Shown here: piece after piece, positions 28,362-37,642 of the stretch
Position numbering within the stretch: position 1 is the stretch's first letter
How the letters are laid out: each line of letters begins with the position of its first letter
Virus record (IMG/VR): IMGVR_UViG_3300045993_000425
Location: 64,001-128,000 of that record
DNA: 64,000 nt
DNA from: a virus
Strand: one strand, 5' to 3'
Translations under genes and position numbers: made by a program
Notes under the pieces: generated by a model
The model's database searches: none
What the model saw: the letters and a program-made list of their open reading frames with translations, nothing else
Told to the model about the DNA's origin: nothing

Positions 28362-28688
28362 TCATGACTTCCCTCCTGAGATGACTACAGCAGCACCAGC
28401 CAGCAACATCCCAACAACCTGCCTACCGCCTGGTGCCTGCCTAGTCAGGTAGTACACAATCAGCGGCTCTGCGATCACCACCGATGATACGGATGCCACA
28501 GACACGACCCAGATGTCCCCGATGTGCTTGAGGCCTTGGTTGTAGAGCACCAGCAGGGCTAGGGCAGAGGACATCTGGACCACCAGGACAGGAGGAGCCC
28601 ACCAATTGCTCTGAGCGGCTAGCACCTCGGCGTAGATCATGGCTCCTTCAGCAGCAGCCATTCCGAGGCAGAACAGGACGATACTCAC
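28362..28688 (-). CDS. SMR/DMT-like four-TM membrane protein
   Basis: Four hydrophobic helices; C-terminal Q.VG..L..A.V. Confidence 0.5.
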   Translation of the reverse strand: MSIVLFCLGMAAAEGAMIYAEVLAAQSNWWAPPVLVVQMSSALALLVLYNQGLKHIGDIWVVSVASVSSVVIAEPLIVYYLTRQAPGGRQVVGMLLAGAAVVISGGKS

Positions 28689-28969
28689 TGATTCTCCACC
28701 TTGAGGGCGGCGCGGGCCAGTTCGTTCACGGCACGATCCGCCATGTCTCCTGCGGGGCGCGTCCGATCCTCGATCTCCCGCAGCGCCGCCTCCAGCTTCC
28801 CTGCGTAGATCTCCCAGCACTCTGCCAGGGCTGTATCCTCAGGCGAGTGTCCAGAGATGTCGAGGTGCGCCCCACAGAGCTCGCCGGGACGACTCATGGC
28901 AAATCCGCTAGAGTGAACAGCCTGCTCCTTCTTGCAGCGAGGGCAGAACTCAGGTGTATATTCGCTCAC
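28685..28969 (-). CDS. Hypothetical protein
   Basis: Coupled ORF ending ARAALK. Confidence 0.55.
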   Translation of the reverse strand: MSEYTPEFCPRCKKEQAVHSSGFAMSRPGELCGAHLDISGHSPEDTALAECWEIYAGKLEAALREIEDRTRPAGDMADRAVNELARAALKVENQ

Positions 28970-29346
28970 GGCTTCTCCTTGAGGGCGGCGCGGGCCTTGT
29001 CCAGAACCCTTTGGATGCTCTCATCCACTTCGCCGTCCACCCTGACTAGCTTCTCCCAGGCAGCGACAGCGAGGACATCTTGCAACGCCGCCTCCAGGCG
29101 ATTGATGCGGTCGGTCGCCACCTTGTTCGCCACATAGAGCTGTGCATTCTGGATAATGCCCTGAACAGACAGCACCTTCTCCAGCTTGCTCTCCAGCGTC
29201 ATGCTGTAGGCCACCTGCCTCTCGTAGCCCAGCTTGTAGCAATCGCCGGTAGCCCGATCTGGCAGCCCAACTGCACAATGAGCGGCGTAGCACCCATCCC
29301 CATCGGGGGTGTTTCGGTGACGACCGCAGACCTCACAGATGTCCAT
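28966..29346 (-). CDS. Hypothetical protein
   Basis: Coupled ORF ending ARAALKEKP. Confidence 0.55.
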   Translation of the reverse strand: MDICEVCGRHRNTPDGDGCYAAHCAVGLPDRATGDCYKLGYERQVAYSMTLESKLEKVLSVQGIIQNAQLYVANKVATDRINRLEAALQDVLAVAAWEKLVRVDGEVDESIQRVLDKARAALKEKP

Positions 29347-29813
29347 CACGGCTGCCACCCGATGGCCAGGATGGACTCAAATCCCTCCTCCAGCTTGGGC
29401 TCGTCCAGCTTGCCAGCCACCCGCTCGAAGTCCCGGTCAGGAACCCGCCGATCAGGGGGGCGAGCCTGGTTACGCTTCCGGCAGACCTCGATGGGGGTAT
29501 TCATGAAGACGGCCTCGACGCGGAGTGCCGCCCCAGCGCAGATGTTGATGATGGCAGCACGGTCGATCTCCCGGCTGAACTTAGCGTCGAAGATCACGGG
29601 ACGACGGTCGTCCAGGTCGATGATCCATCCCCCAAGCCGGTTATAGGAGGCTCGCCATGCCCTCGCCGCCCGCTGGGGGCTCCAGTTGTAGCGACCATCG
29701 ACACCCACCAGCTGGGCATCGGGAGAGATGACGAGAGCGTCCCCCTTGTGCTGTTCCAGCCAGGTCGTCTTGCCAGAGCCGGGAAGTCCCACCATCAGCG
29801 TCAGCATCTTCAT
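29346..29813 (-). CDS. P-loop kinase (AAA_33/polynucleotide-kinase-like)
   Basis: GLPGSGKTT Walker A; C..RN..R...VP; P...EGF. Confidence 0.85.
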   Translation of the reverse strand: MKMLTLMVGLPGSGKTTWLEQHKGDALVISPDAQLVGVDGRYNWSPQRAARAWRASYNRLGGWIIDLDDRRPVIFDAKFSREIDRAAIINICAGAALRVEAVFMNTPIEVCRKRNQARPPDRRVPDRDFERVAGKLDEPKLEEGFESILAIGWQP

Positions 29814-29827
29814 CGCATCCTCCTAGT

Positions 29828-30157
29828 TTAGCTTCTGTTCATTTCCAGAATAGCACCATCGCTCGTACTGTACTGCACCCTCCTGACACCCGCCTTCCGA
29901 AGGGCCTCCTGACACTCAGGGCAGGGCTTGGCGAGCCCCCACTCCCCTCTGATGCGAACCCTGATCGAGAGGACATCTGCTCCCTTGGCAGCCTCTCCTG
30001 CCTGCTCCAGAGCGTGGATCTCAGCATGTTTCGTAGCTGAGTTCCAGCCGGTAGCGATGACCCTGCGACCGACGAAGATGAGAACGGCATGCTTGTGCTG
30101 CCGATGCCTCGCCTTCCTGACCGCGAGCCTCTCTGCGACTCTGATAGGAGCGTTCAT
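29828..30157 (-). CDS. Cytidine-deaminase-superfamily protein
   Basis: HAE and PCPEC Zn motifs. Confidence 0.8.
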   Translation of the reverse strand: MNAPIRVAERLAVRKARHRQHKHAVLIFVGRRVIATGWNSATKHAEIHALEQAGEAAKGADVLSIRVRIRGEWGLAKPCPECQEALRKAGVRRVQYSTSDGAILEMNRS

Positions 30158-30588
30158 GCCGCCCCACTGATGAGTCGCTCCAAGTCGAACCGCTCTCCGA
30201 TCACTTCAGAAGCGAAGACCTCCAGCCCAGAGGCGAAGACCACCCTCCCCTCCTGCTCGAGGACGTATTCTGGAACCCTCTGCTCACCCAGAATGAACCC
30301 AACCCCAAGAGGGGTGGGCCTCCAGGCTCCGTAGCTGGGGTCCTTGCTGTCTTCTGCCTGATACTTCTCGATCAGCCCCCAGAGGGCCAATCGGGAGTAG
30401 TCATCCCCCTGAGGGGGAGCGTCCGTCCTCTTCCCAGCCTTGGGAACCCAAGGGAGCAGCCCTTGCTTGACCTGCTTCCGGCTCTCCTGAACCAACCAGG
30501 CGAGCCACTTGACTTGGGACTTCCTGAGGGTCCGCTTATACTCTCGGACCTCATGCCCGCAAGCCCGACATTTGTGGGCGACCCTCAT
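30154..30588 (-). CDS. Hypothetical protein (winged-HTH-like)
   Basis: CxxC, DYSRL..WGLIE, G.W..T..G..F. Confidence 0.55.
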   Translation of the reverse strand: MRVAHKCRACGHEVREYKRTLRKSQVKWLAWLVQESRKQVKQGLLPWVPKAGKRTDAPPQGDDYSRLALWGLIEKYQAEDSKDPSYGAWRPTPLGVGFILGEQRVPEYVLEQEGRVVFASGLEVFASEVIGERFDLERLISGAA

Positions 30589-30675
30589 CAGTTCTCCCCC
30601 AGGTCCTTGAGGGTGATGAGGCAGAAGAGGACGATTGCCATCAGCGGGAGCAGGACGATTTCCATTTTTGTCTCC

Positions 30676-31020
30676 TTAGTCAGCGTAGATGGCCGAGTAC
30701 CAGCCGGTGCAGGCCTCTGCCCACAGGTCCTTCGCGTCGAGAGCCTTCTGCATCCCGTCGATCAGGCTCCACCCGTACTCGAGGGCGGTATCGGAGTTGA
30801 AAAAGTACCGGATGTCGCCACCGTCGTAGACGACGATGAGAGCTGCACCCTTGCCGTACTCCTCGCCCCGCGCCGACCACTCCTGAGGCGAGTAGAAGGT
30901 CTTGCAGCCACCCGAGTCGGTCAGGCCGTTCTTCTCCAGCTGCTTGATGATTGCCCGGTAGGCCTTCTTGCCTGCGCCGGAGAGTCCTTCGGGCTGCTCG
31001 AGGTTCTTGATGTCGGCCAT
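30676..31020 (-). CDS. Early hypothetical protein
   Basis: Own promoter and AAGGAG SD. Confidence 0.7.
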   Translation of the reverse strand: MADIKNLEQPEGLSGAGKKAYRAIIKQLEKNGLTDSGGCKTFYSPQEWSARGEEYGKGAALIVVYDGGDIRYFFNSDTALEYGWSLIDGMQKALDAKDLWAEACTGWYSAIYAD

Positions 31021-31058
31021 TTTGAGCTCCTTGGTTCGGGGTGAACTGCGATGAAGAG

Positions 31059-31087
31059 ATACTATCAAAACACCGAGCAGAGGTCAA
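31059..31087 (-). promoter_or_regulatory. Early sigma70-type promoter
   Basis: TTGACC-N17-TAGTAT. Confidence 0.75.
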
Positions 31088-31117
31088 CGTCTTTCGACAT
31101 CACCAGCCTGCTGCCTA

Positions 31118-32578
31118 CTACGGCAGCCCCGAGACGCGGACCAGAACCCGCTTGGTACGGGTCACGGCAACGTACTCGATGTTCGTCTCCTCCTGCCGGT
31201 CAGCGTTCTTGATGTAGAAGGTGTCGTCGAGGACATAGACAGTGTCCCGCTCCAACCCCTTCGCCTTGTGAACCGAGGAGCAGACGATGTAGCACTCAGG
31301 GGTCGCGTTGTCCGCGAACAGCCCATCCACGCGAGCCTCGATCTCCTGAATGGAGGTGGCAGCGGTGGCGATTGCATACAGACACGCCGCCTGGTCGCAG
31401 ACCTGATCGAGTTTGGCAGCCAGCTTCTTGTTGCCCGACAGCTTGGCGGTTTCCTTCTCTTCCCAAGCCTCGACCTTTGCGATGAACTCGCGAACGTCCT
31501 TCGCCTTCGCCTTCAGGTTCTTGATGACAGCCTTGAGCCCTGCCCCTATGTCGCGACCCTCCACCTTCGCAGGCTTGTTGAGGGCGAGCAGCTTGAGAGC
31601 GGTGCGAACCAGAGGTGCATTCTTGCGGGAGAGGACGAAGCTGCCGACGTTGGCATCCGCGAGCATCCCCTCGTAGTTGGTCTTGCGGACCTCGCCCTGA
31701 GGAGCCTCAGGAGCCGCCTGGTAGTCGGGAACCAGCTTGGCGGCGATCTCGACCACCAACTTGGGGCAACGGTAGGTCGTCGTCAGAGGGAGCTCCTTCG
31801 CCTTCAGTTCGACCTTGAGGCGGTCGAGGCTGCCAGAGTCGGCACCCCGAAAGCCGTAGATCGCCTGCCGGTCGTCACCGATGACCACCACCCTCCCGCC
31901 CTTCTTGACCACCTTCTGAGCGAGCAGGATCTGCGCCTCATTCATGTCCTGGCACTCATCGATGACCACCAGATCGTACCGACCATTCGCCCATCCCGGC
32001 TGGGCGACAGCGAGGTACACCATGTCGTCGAAGTCAACCGTCCCGTCCTTGATGAGGGCGAGAGCCATCGCCTTCTTGGCGCAGTCAGCGACCCGAGAGG
32101 TGGTCCAGTTGTCCTGCTGCCACTCTTCCTTGGGCTCCAGGTCGAACTCAACTGCGATCTCGACCAGCCGCTCGATGGTCGGGAAGAGAGAGATCCCCTT
32201 CGCCTTGCTGGCGAGGTTTGCGATGAGTTTGGTCATGTCGTCGGGGGTCGCGTCCCCGACCGCCGCCTTCTTGGCGAGCCTCCAGCCACGGTCCTTGTCG
32301 ACCCGAACCCCAGACCAGTTCCTGCGAACGATCTCGAAGCCCACAGAGTGCAGGGTCGCGGAGGAGGCCTTGGGGTTCTTGATCTTGCGACCGAGTTCGT
32401 CCGCGATCTTCTTGTTGAAAGCGGCGAAGAGCAGCTTGCCCTCAGGGGCAAATGAAATTGCCTCCACCGCAGTGGTGGTTTTGCCAGTGCCCGCCCTCGC
32501 CCGCACGACGAGGTTCCCAGAGCCGGTCGCGAACCACTGGAAGATGTCCTTCTGCTGCTGGGACCAGGTCGTCGTCAT
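31118..32578 (-). CDS. UvrD/Rep-like SF1 helicase
   Basis: ARAGTGKT, DECQD, GDDRQAIYGFRGA, YRCP, HKAKGLE, YVAVTR. Confidence 0.92.
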   Translation of the reverse strand: MTTTWSQQQKDIFQWFATGSGNLVVRARAGTGKTTTAVEAISFAPEGKLLFAAFNKKIADELGRKIKNPKASSATLHSVGFEIVRRNWSGVRVDKDRGWRLAKKAAVGDATPDDMTKLIANLASKAKGISLFPTIERLVEIAVEFDLEPKEEWQQDNWTTSRVADCAKKAMALALIKDGTVDFDDMVYLAVAQPGWANGRYDLVVIDECQDMNEAQILLAQKVVKKGGRVVVIGDDRQAIYGFRGADSGSLDRLKVELKAKELPLTTTYRCPKLVVEIAAKLVPDYQAAPEAPQGEVRKTNYEGMLADANVGSFVLSRKNAPLVRTALKLLALNKPAKVEGRDIGAGLKAVIKNLKAKAKDVREFIAKVEAWEEKETAKLSGNKKLAAKLDQVCDQAACLYAIATAATSIQEIEARVDGLFADNATPECYIVCSSVHKAKGLERDTVYVLDDTFYIKNADRQEETNIEYVAVTRTKRVLVRVSGLP

Positions 32579-32619
32579 TGCGCTCTCCTTGGAAGGTGGT
32601 TGGCGTCGAAGACAAAAGC

Positions 32620-32648
32620 AGACTATCAGAACGCTCCGAAGCCGTCAA
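32620..32648 (-). promoter_or_regulatory. Early sigma70-type promoter
   Basis: TTGACG-N17-TAGTCT. Confidence 0.7.
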
Positions 32649-32660
32649 CCGGTTTTGATA

Positions 32661-32987
32661 CTATTTCTTCAGGTCTGGGTGCTGCTTGGGGTCGTCCCAT
32701 CCGCAGTCACAGCCAGGAAGGCAGGAAACCAGCCCGGTTAGCCGCTCCAGGACTGTCTCCCAGACCCAGATTCGAGCCTCGGTTTCGTCTCCGTAGGCAG
32801 TTGCCGCTCCCGCAACATGCCCATCATCGATCCATCGCCAGCCCTCTGGCGAGCAGACATCGACCCTCAGGAATCGCCCATCCTGCTCGACCTCGAGGTC
32901 CAGATTCTGACCGGCGACCTCCTCGATCTTCTTGATCTTTGCCTCGACCTTCTTTCGGAGGGCGAGTTCCTTCCTTGTGGGTTTCAT
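32661..32987 (-). CDS. Hypothetical protein
   Basis: Coupled ORF. Confidence 0.6.
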   Translation of the reverse strand: MKPTRKELALRKKVEAKIKKIEEVAGQNLDLEVEQDGRFLRVDVCSPEGWRWIDDGHVAGAATAYGDETEARIWVWETVLERLTGLVSCLPGCDCGWDDPKQHPDLKK

Positions 32988-33250
32988 GCTGCCCTCTCTG
33001 CCTCGTCAAGGCTATCCTCGACCTCGACCAGGTGCTTGAGTGCCTCCATCTGATCCTGTCGGAGGTAGTCGAGAACGTCGAACTTTCCAGCAGTTGTTGC
33101 GTACTTGATCGCTGACTTGCACACCCTGAAGACGCGAGCAGCTTTCTCGTATTCCTGACGCAGGGCTGCCAGCTTGATGAGACTGAGCCGCTTCCGCTTG
33201 AGAGCGGGGGTCAGCTTGGTTGCCTTCTTCTTCGGCTTCTTGGTTGCCAT
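32984..33250 (-). CDS. Basic hypothetical protein
   Basis: AAGGAG SD; Lys-rich N-terminus. Confidence 0.6.
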   Translation of the reverse strand: MATKKPKKKATKLTPALKRKRLSLIKLAALRQEYEKAARVFRVCKSAIKYATTAGKFDVLDYLRQDQMEALKHLVEVEDSLDEAERAA

Positions 33251-33262
33251 TTTGCTCCTTGG

Positions 33263-33559
33263 TTAGAGATGGGTGTCGAGCCCAGTGATGGAGGTGAACA
33301 CCTTCGCCAGGTCTTCTGCGTAGATCCCGTTGAGCAGCGTCGGCTTGATCGACTTCTTGCGGCTGACACCGAAGACCGTATAGGTGTCATCGGCTTCCAG
33401 CCGAACGTCCACCGACTTCATGCTGCCGATGGTCAGCTTGATCGACACCGAGTCCGACAGGAAGAGGAACTTTGCCCCTGTCATCATGACGAACCGGTTG
33501 CCACCCAGCTGCTGGACGATGGTCTTGCCGACTTGGAAGTAGTCTTCTTCGTTGGTCAT
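33263..33559 (-). CDS. Phage hypothetical protein (QLGG..F..MTGAK type)
   Basis: Motif recognised from memory; leaderless start 6 nt after the -10. Confidence 0.7.
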   Translation of the reverse strand: MTNEEDYFQVGKTIVQQLGGNRFVMMTGAKFLFLSDSVSIKLTIGSMKSVDVRLEADDTYTVFGVSRKKSIKPTLLNGIYAEDLAKVFTSITGLDTHL

Positions 33560-33565
33560 GGTGTG

Positions 33566-33594
33566 AGACTATCAGAAGCCGACGAGGCTGTCAA
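33566..33594 (-). promoter_or_regulatory. Early sigma70-type promoter
   Basis: TTGACA-N17-TAGTCT. Confidence 0.75.
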
Positions 33595-33605
33595 CTACGA
33601 TAGGA

Positions 33606-34199
33606 TCACTTGCTCCAGCGGAGGGGCGGCAGGATAGGCAAGCGACCTCCAGACCTCTTCCAGACGAACAGCCCATATTCTGAACTGTCAGTGCCACCAT
33701 CTGTGAAGGAGGGTCTACCGGCTATGGGCTGAAGCGCATATAGAGGGTAGCGTTCGTAGAGGTCAGCCCTCTTCTGCCCAGCTAGGAAGGCGAGCCTGAG
33801 GAGGAAGGCGAGGCAACCACCATCGTTGAGAAGCGGGAGGCAGTGCCTGACCGTCTCTTCTGCCTTTGAGTAGTCAGGGTTGCCCACGATGAGGTCTACA
33901 GGCTCGCTCCAGTCGAAGACGTTCATCTTGCTGACTAGCCCAGGTCCAGAGCAGGCAGGGAGGAGGTCGATGCCTTCCAGGCTTGACTCAGGCCAGATGC
34001 TATCAGCAGCCCGAAGGAATGCCCCTCCTCCGCAGCCTGGCTCGAGGACGGTCCTGGGCGCGATTCCGAGCCTGTCCCTAAGGGAGCGGCAGATCGCCAG
34101 GGCTAGGCCATCTGGGGTGTAGAAGGCCCCTCGTTCCTTTCGGCCTGTTTCGCCATCTGGAGCGAGGATATTGATGAGCAGCTTGTGGTCTTCAGTCAT
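33606..34199 (-). CDS. DNA amino-methyltransferase (N6A/N4C)
   Basis: FYTP, VLEPGCGGGAF (motif I), IVGNPDY (motif IV variant). Confidence 0.8.
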   Translation of the reverse strand: MTEDHKLLINILAPDGETGRKERGAFYTPDGLALAICRSLRDRLGIAPRTVLEPGCGGGAFLRAADSIWPESSLEGIDLLPACSGPGLVSKMNVFDWSEPVDLIVGNPDYSKAEETVRHCLPLLNDGGCLAFLLRLAFLAGQKRADLYERYPLYALQPIAGRPSFTDGGTDSSEYGLFVWKRSGGRLPILPPLRWSK

Positions 34200-34214
34200 G
34201 CTCGATTGATAGCA

Positions 34215-34844
34215 CTAACGCTTGACAGACCTAGCCAATCCGATGAGCATGTCTCTGAACTCAAGAGGGGTAGCTGCTCGCTTCTTTTTGCCCATGAGCT
34301 CGACGGCATCATTCGGACCTCGAGCGCCACGCACTCGATCCTCGGGGCTCCCCTTCCACTTATGGGTGGAGGTGCCGTCACCGTGCCATATCTGGGGTCT
34401 ATCTGTTCCTACGGCATAGAGCCAAGTCGGCTTGATCGCTCCATGACCGTAAGCTCCCTGCTCGACCTCGACGGTGTGCCCGATGCCATCTCCGGCGGGG
34501 GTCCAAGGCGAATAGATGCCCCCTACCGGCTTGGCGATACCAAACATTTTCCAAGCCAGGGTGCCCGCTGGGTGCTCGAGGACGCCACCATACCGCCTGA
34601 CCTGCTGTAGAGCGTGCTCAAAGAGCCCTCCATCCATGCCAGGACGCTCGTATCGCACCTTGCCGCTGGGACCACCTGACCAGTATTTACCGAAGCGGGC
34701 ACAGGGCGGGTGTGCAATCACCGGGTGAGGCCCCTGGTAGGTCCGAGCGTCCCTCTTCTCGTCATAGGGGTCGACTCCCGGCACGTCGGAGTAGATACCT
34801 TTTGACTGTACATAGAGGGCAGCGATGGGACTTTTGCTAGTCAT
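34215..34844 (-). CDS. C5 DNA methyltransferase-like protein
   Basis: AHPPC catalytic motif, VLEHP, Q..YGH...KPTWL. Confidence 0.7.
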   Translation of the reverse strand: MTSKSPIAALYVQSKGIYSDVPGVDPYDEKRDARTYQGPHPVIAHPPCARFGKYWSGGPSGKVRYERPGMDGGLFEHALQQVRRYGGVLEHPAGTLAWKMFGIAKPVGGIYSPWTPAGDGIGHTVEVEQGAYGHGAIKPTWLYAVGTDRPQIWHGDGTSTHKWKGSPEDRVRGARGPNDAVELMGKKKRAATPLEFRDMLIGLARSVKR

Positions 34845-34903
34845 GCACAGAAGATTGGTACTATTAGCTGGACGAGCGGCTAGCCTTCTGCTAGTATCGC
34901 TGC

Positions 34904-35221
34904 ATGTTCACTCAAGCCGATTGGGTCGAGGGGTCGGGAGCTCGCAGGAAGCTCTTCGACTTCGTCTGCCAGAAGCTCAATGACATCTCGCCTGGCTTTG
35001 AGGTCCAGGACGGTGTCACGGGACCTCTCATCAGGCACATCCCCTCCAACGTGGCTGTTGGGGTGCGCCCCACCCTGCCTGCTAACTCGTTGAAACCGTT
35101 CTACATTCACTGCCGTCTCACTCGCAAGTTCCCAGTGAAGGCTGACGGCACCTTCAACGCTGACCTGCTCGTCCAGCGGGTCCTAGAGGTCGAGGAACTA
35201 TTCGGAGAGGTGGAGTCATGA
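34904..35221 (+). CDS. Hypothetical protein
   Basis: Leaderless after TGGACG-N17-TAGTAT (34869-34897). Confidence 0.6.
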   Translation: MFTQADWVEGSGARRKLFDFVCQKLNDISPGFEVQDGVTGPLIRHIPSNVAVGVRPTLPANSLKPFYIHCRLTRKFPVKADGTFNADLLVQRVLEVEELFGEVES

Positions 35222-35406
35222 GCGAGGCGAGGTTGGAGGAATCTGTCGAGCCCTTGAGGTCTAGGAGGCACCGCTGCAAGTCCTGTGACAGGTCAGCGGC
35301 GTTCCTGTCGCCAGATGGGCGCTACCGGGCTGACCCAGAGCATGACCTCTGCCGACAGTGCTACAGGTCAGCAGCACAGAGTGCCAGAATGAGGAGAGCA
35401 TCATGA
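35218..35406 (+). CDS. Small Zn-binding protein
   Basis: Two CxxC; ATGA-coupled. Confidence 0.5.
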   Translation: MSEARLEESVEPLRSRRHRCKSCDRSAAFLSPDGRYRADPEHDLCRQCYRSAAQSARMRRAS

Positions 35407-35666
35407 GCGACGAGGTAGCATTCCTGAAGAAGGACATCACCGACCTGGAGCGGGAGTTGGAGCGGCACCGGCATGGTGAGACGCTGGAGGGCGACTTCAT
35501 CTGCCCTGACAGCCTCATGATGACCCAGCTGGCGAGTACTCTCGAAAAGACGATGATGTGTCTGGAGGGAATCCTCTCTGACCCTGACCTCGACGCTCTC
35601 GCAATCCGCAATAAAATCGATGGCATCCTCATGGCCATCGATGCAGCGACGACCATCGACCCATGA
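35403..35666 (+). CDS. Hypothetical protein
   Basis: GAGGAG SD, MSDEV start. Confidence 0.6.
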   Translation: MSDEVAFLKKDITDLERELERHRHGETLEGDFICPDSLMMTQLASTLEKTMMCLEGILSDPDLDALAIRNKIDGILMAIDAATTIDP

Positions 35667-35914
35667 CACTCCCAACCGCCAAAAGACTAGCTAGAGGCCT
35701 CTGGAACATCACCCAGGTGATGGGGTCAGAGGAGCGTCTAGAGGTGCATATGCAGGCGACTACCGGCGATTGGCACCTCCACTATGGCAAGGGGTCCAAG
35801 AAGCCAGACCAGATGGGGCATTGGGCTACAGGTACGGTGACGGCTGGGATGTCGGACAGACAGCTGTTTGATGTAGCCGTACAGATGCTGACACAGTTGG
35901 AGGGAACATGCTGA
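35663..35914 (+). CDS. Hypothetical protein
   Basis: Coupled ORF. Confidence 0.55.
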   Translation: MTLPTAKRLARGLWNITQVMGSEERLEVHMQATTGDWHLHYGKGSKKPDQMGHWATGTVTAGMSDRQLFDVAVQMLTQLEGTC

Positions 35915-36159
35915 TTTCTGCCGGAGAGGACAACTACTACGCCAAGCAGTCTGGCGGTCCTGATTGCGATGACGACGTGCCTGAGCCAGACGAGGACGAT
36001 CTCGATGAGGAAATGGCTCGTCTTGGGAAGCAGATCCTAGAGGACTACATCCCCGAGGCGTGGCCCGAGATGTTCGCGGAATTGCTCAAGAACAAAGTCG
36101 AGATCGCCTACCAGTGGGGACTCGCCAAAATGAAGGAGCCGGTAGACTATGACGACTGA
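35908..36159 (+). CDS. Acidic hypothetical protein
   Basis: GGAGG SD. Confidence 0.55.
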   Translation: MLISAGEDNYYAKQSGGPDCDDDVPEPDEDDLDEEMARLGKQILEDYIPEAWPEMFAELLKNKVEIAYQWGLAKMKEPVDYDD

Positions 36160-36388
36160 ATACGAGCCAAGCACCTGGAATGGGGACTTCTCTGAACTGC
36201 TAGGAATGGAGAAGATTTCTCGGCACCCAGACGAGATCCAAGCCCTGAAGAAGGCGATCTCCGACATCCAGTGGGCAAAAAAGCAGGTCGGATGCACCTG
36301 CGATCCGCACTGCGACCTGAAGTGGAACGAACAAGAACAGCAGTTCTCAGCCTACACCAGCCACTCTGACAAGTGCGCTAGCCGGTAG
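36149..36388 (+). CDS. Hypothetical protein
   Basis: AAGGAG SD. Confidence 0.55.
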   Translation: MTTEYEPSTWNGDFSELLGMEKISRHPDEIQALKKAISDIQWAKKQVGCTCDPHCDLKWNEQEQQFSAYTSHSDKCASR

Positions 36389-36854
36389 AGTCCATTCCTG
36401 GGTTGCTGTCCGTCTTGCTATTGAAGGACGGCAGCACCGCAGGCGTAAGACCATGACCTTGCTGGCTATTTGCTCTCATAACCTGAAGCAAGATTGAGAT
36501 CTGGTCCTTCGTCGCACGCTGGCTCTTCAGGATGGCATCGAAGCGGGCTTCCTCCTGTTTCGTGTGTTCCGACAGAGCCTTACTCACAGCACCGACGACT
36601 CTAGCGTCAACCTTCGCCAGGAATGACTCATAGAGCCGAATCAGGTTCTGCCCACCCACGAAGAGGCTCATCATGCCGCCACAGATGAGCACCAGAAGAG
36701 GCCAGTGCTCTGCCAGCTGCCACTCCCCGGTGCCGTTAGCCGCAGCCGCAGCTAGAGTAGAACCGGCGTAGATGCTCAGACCAGAGAAGGCCTTGGTCTT
36801 GACTGAAAATCCTGTCATTCTAGTTACTTCTGACCACAGCATCCCTACGCTCAT
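36378..36854 (-). CDS. Membrane protein with coiled-coil tail (holin-like)
   Basis: GAGGAG SD, 1-2 TM segments, GTAATCT motif upstream. Confidence 0.5.
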   Translation of the reverse strand: MSVGMLWSEVTRMTGFSVKTKAFSGLSIYAGSTLAAAAANGTGEWQLAEHWPLLVLICGGMMSLFVGGQNLIRLYESFLAKVDARVVGAVSKALSEHTKQEEARFDAILKSQRATKDQISILLQVMRANSQQGHGLTPAVLPSFNSKTDSNPGMDSTG

Positions 36855-36910
36855 AGCTGACTCCTCAACAAGGCATGAGGTAGAGATTACATCCGACCAT
36901 ACTATCAGAG

Positions 36911-36939
36911 TTGACACCATCAGAACGGTCTGGTAGTAT
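36911..36939 (+). promoter_or_regulatory. Early sigma70-type promoter
   Basis: TTGACA-N17-TAGTAT. Confidence 0.8.
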
Positions 36940-36968
36940 CCTTCTCACCTCAGACAAGGAGACACACA

Positions 36969-37352
36969 ATGGCAAAGCTGACCAAGAAGTCCCTGGAGCA
37001 AGACCTGGAGTCCGCGAAGTTCAGCAACGAGCGTCTCGCCTATCAGGTCAGCACCCTCGAGGAGGAGCTCAAGAAGAAGTCGCTGCCGCTGGTGACCCCG
37101 ACGATCCACCTCAACGGGTCGGGTCGGAACGCTTTGGTCGAGAAGGTCTGCTGCTCGATGGACGGTGTTCGCAAGGCCATCGAGGCCCTCTCCGATGCCT
37201 CCCCCCACGGTCGCGACTACTACCCGCAGGGGAACGACGCCTACCTGAAGGCGGAACTCGCCTGGCAGCAGCGGCTGGGGCTCCTGCGCGACCTCTACAA
37301 GGAGCTGGTGGAGCACGCCCAAGAGATCGATGAGTCTGGGCGGAAGAAGTAG
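36969..37352 (+). CDS. Early hypothetical protein
   Basis: AAGGAG SD; PTIHLNG...P.GRDYY. Confidence 0.7.
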   Translation: MAKLTKKSLEQDLESAKFSNERLAYQVSTLEEELKKKSLPLVTPTIHLNGSGRNALVEKVCCSMDGVRKAIEALSDASPHGRDYYPQGNDAYLKAELAWQQRLGLLRDLYKELVEHAQEIDESGRKK

Positions 37353-37381
37353 TTGACGGCTAGTCCCAGTTCTGATAGTAT
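37353..37381 (+). promoter_or_regulatory. Early sigma70-type promoter
   Basis: TTGACG-N17-TAGTAT. Confidence 0.8.
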
Positions 37382-37406
37382 CGCTTTCACCTTCAGGGGA
37401 GGTCAC

Positions 37407-37625
37407 ATGGCGAACCAACCAGAAATCTGTGAGTCATGCGACACCAAGGCGGCGAAGGTTCTGTTCCGCCCCACCCGCTTCCACAAGGATGACCTCCTCG
37501 CCTCCTGCGATACCTGCCTCAACTTGGTCTGCGAGGAGTGCATCGGAGAGCAGAATGAGGGGCAGATCGTCTGCATCGACTGCCTCTCACAGCAGTGTCT
37601 CGTCGAACAGTCATCCCACCTGTAG
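37407..37625 (+). CDS. Small Zn-finger protein
   Basis: Four CxxC; GGAGG SD. Confidence 0.65.
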   Translation: MANQPEICESCDTKAAKVLFRPTRFHKDDLLASCDTCLNLVCEECIGEQNEGQIVCIDCLSQQCLVEQSSHL

Positions 37626-37642
37626 TACCAGAGGAGCCCACA

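Noticed and set aside
31268-32741. Long plus-strand ORFs (395 and 265 aa)
   Set aside because: Antisense shadows of the GC3-rich helicase gene
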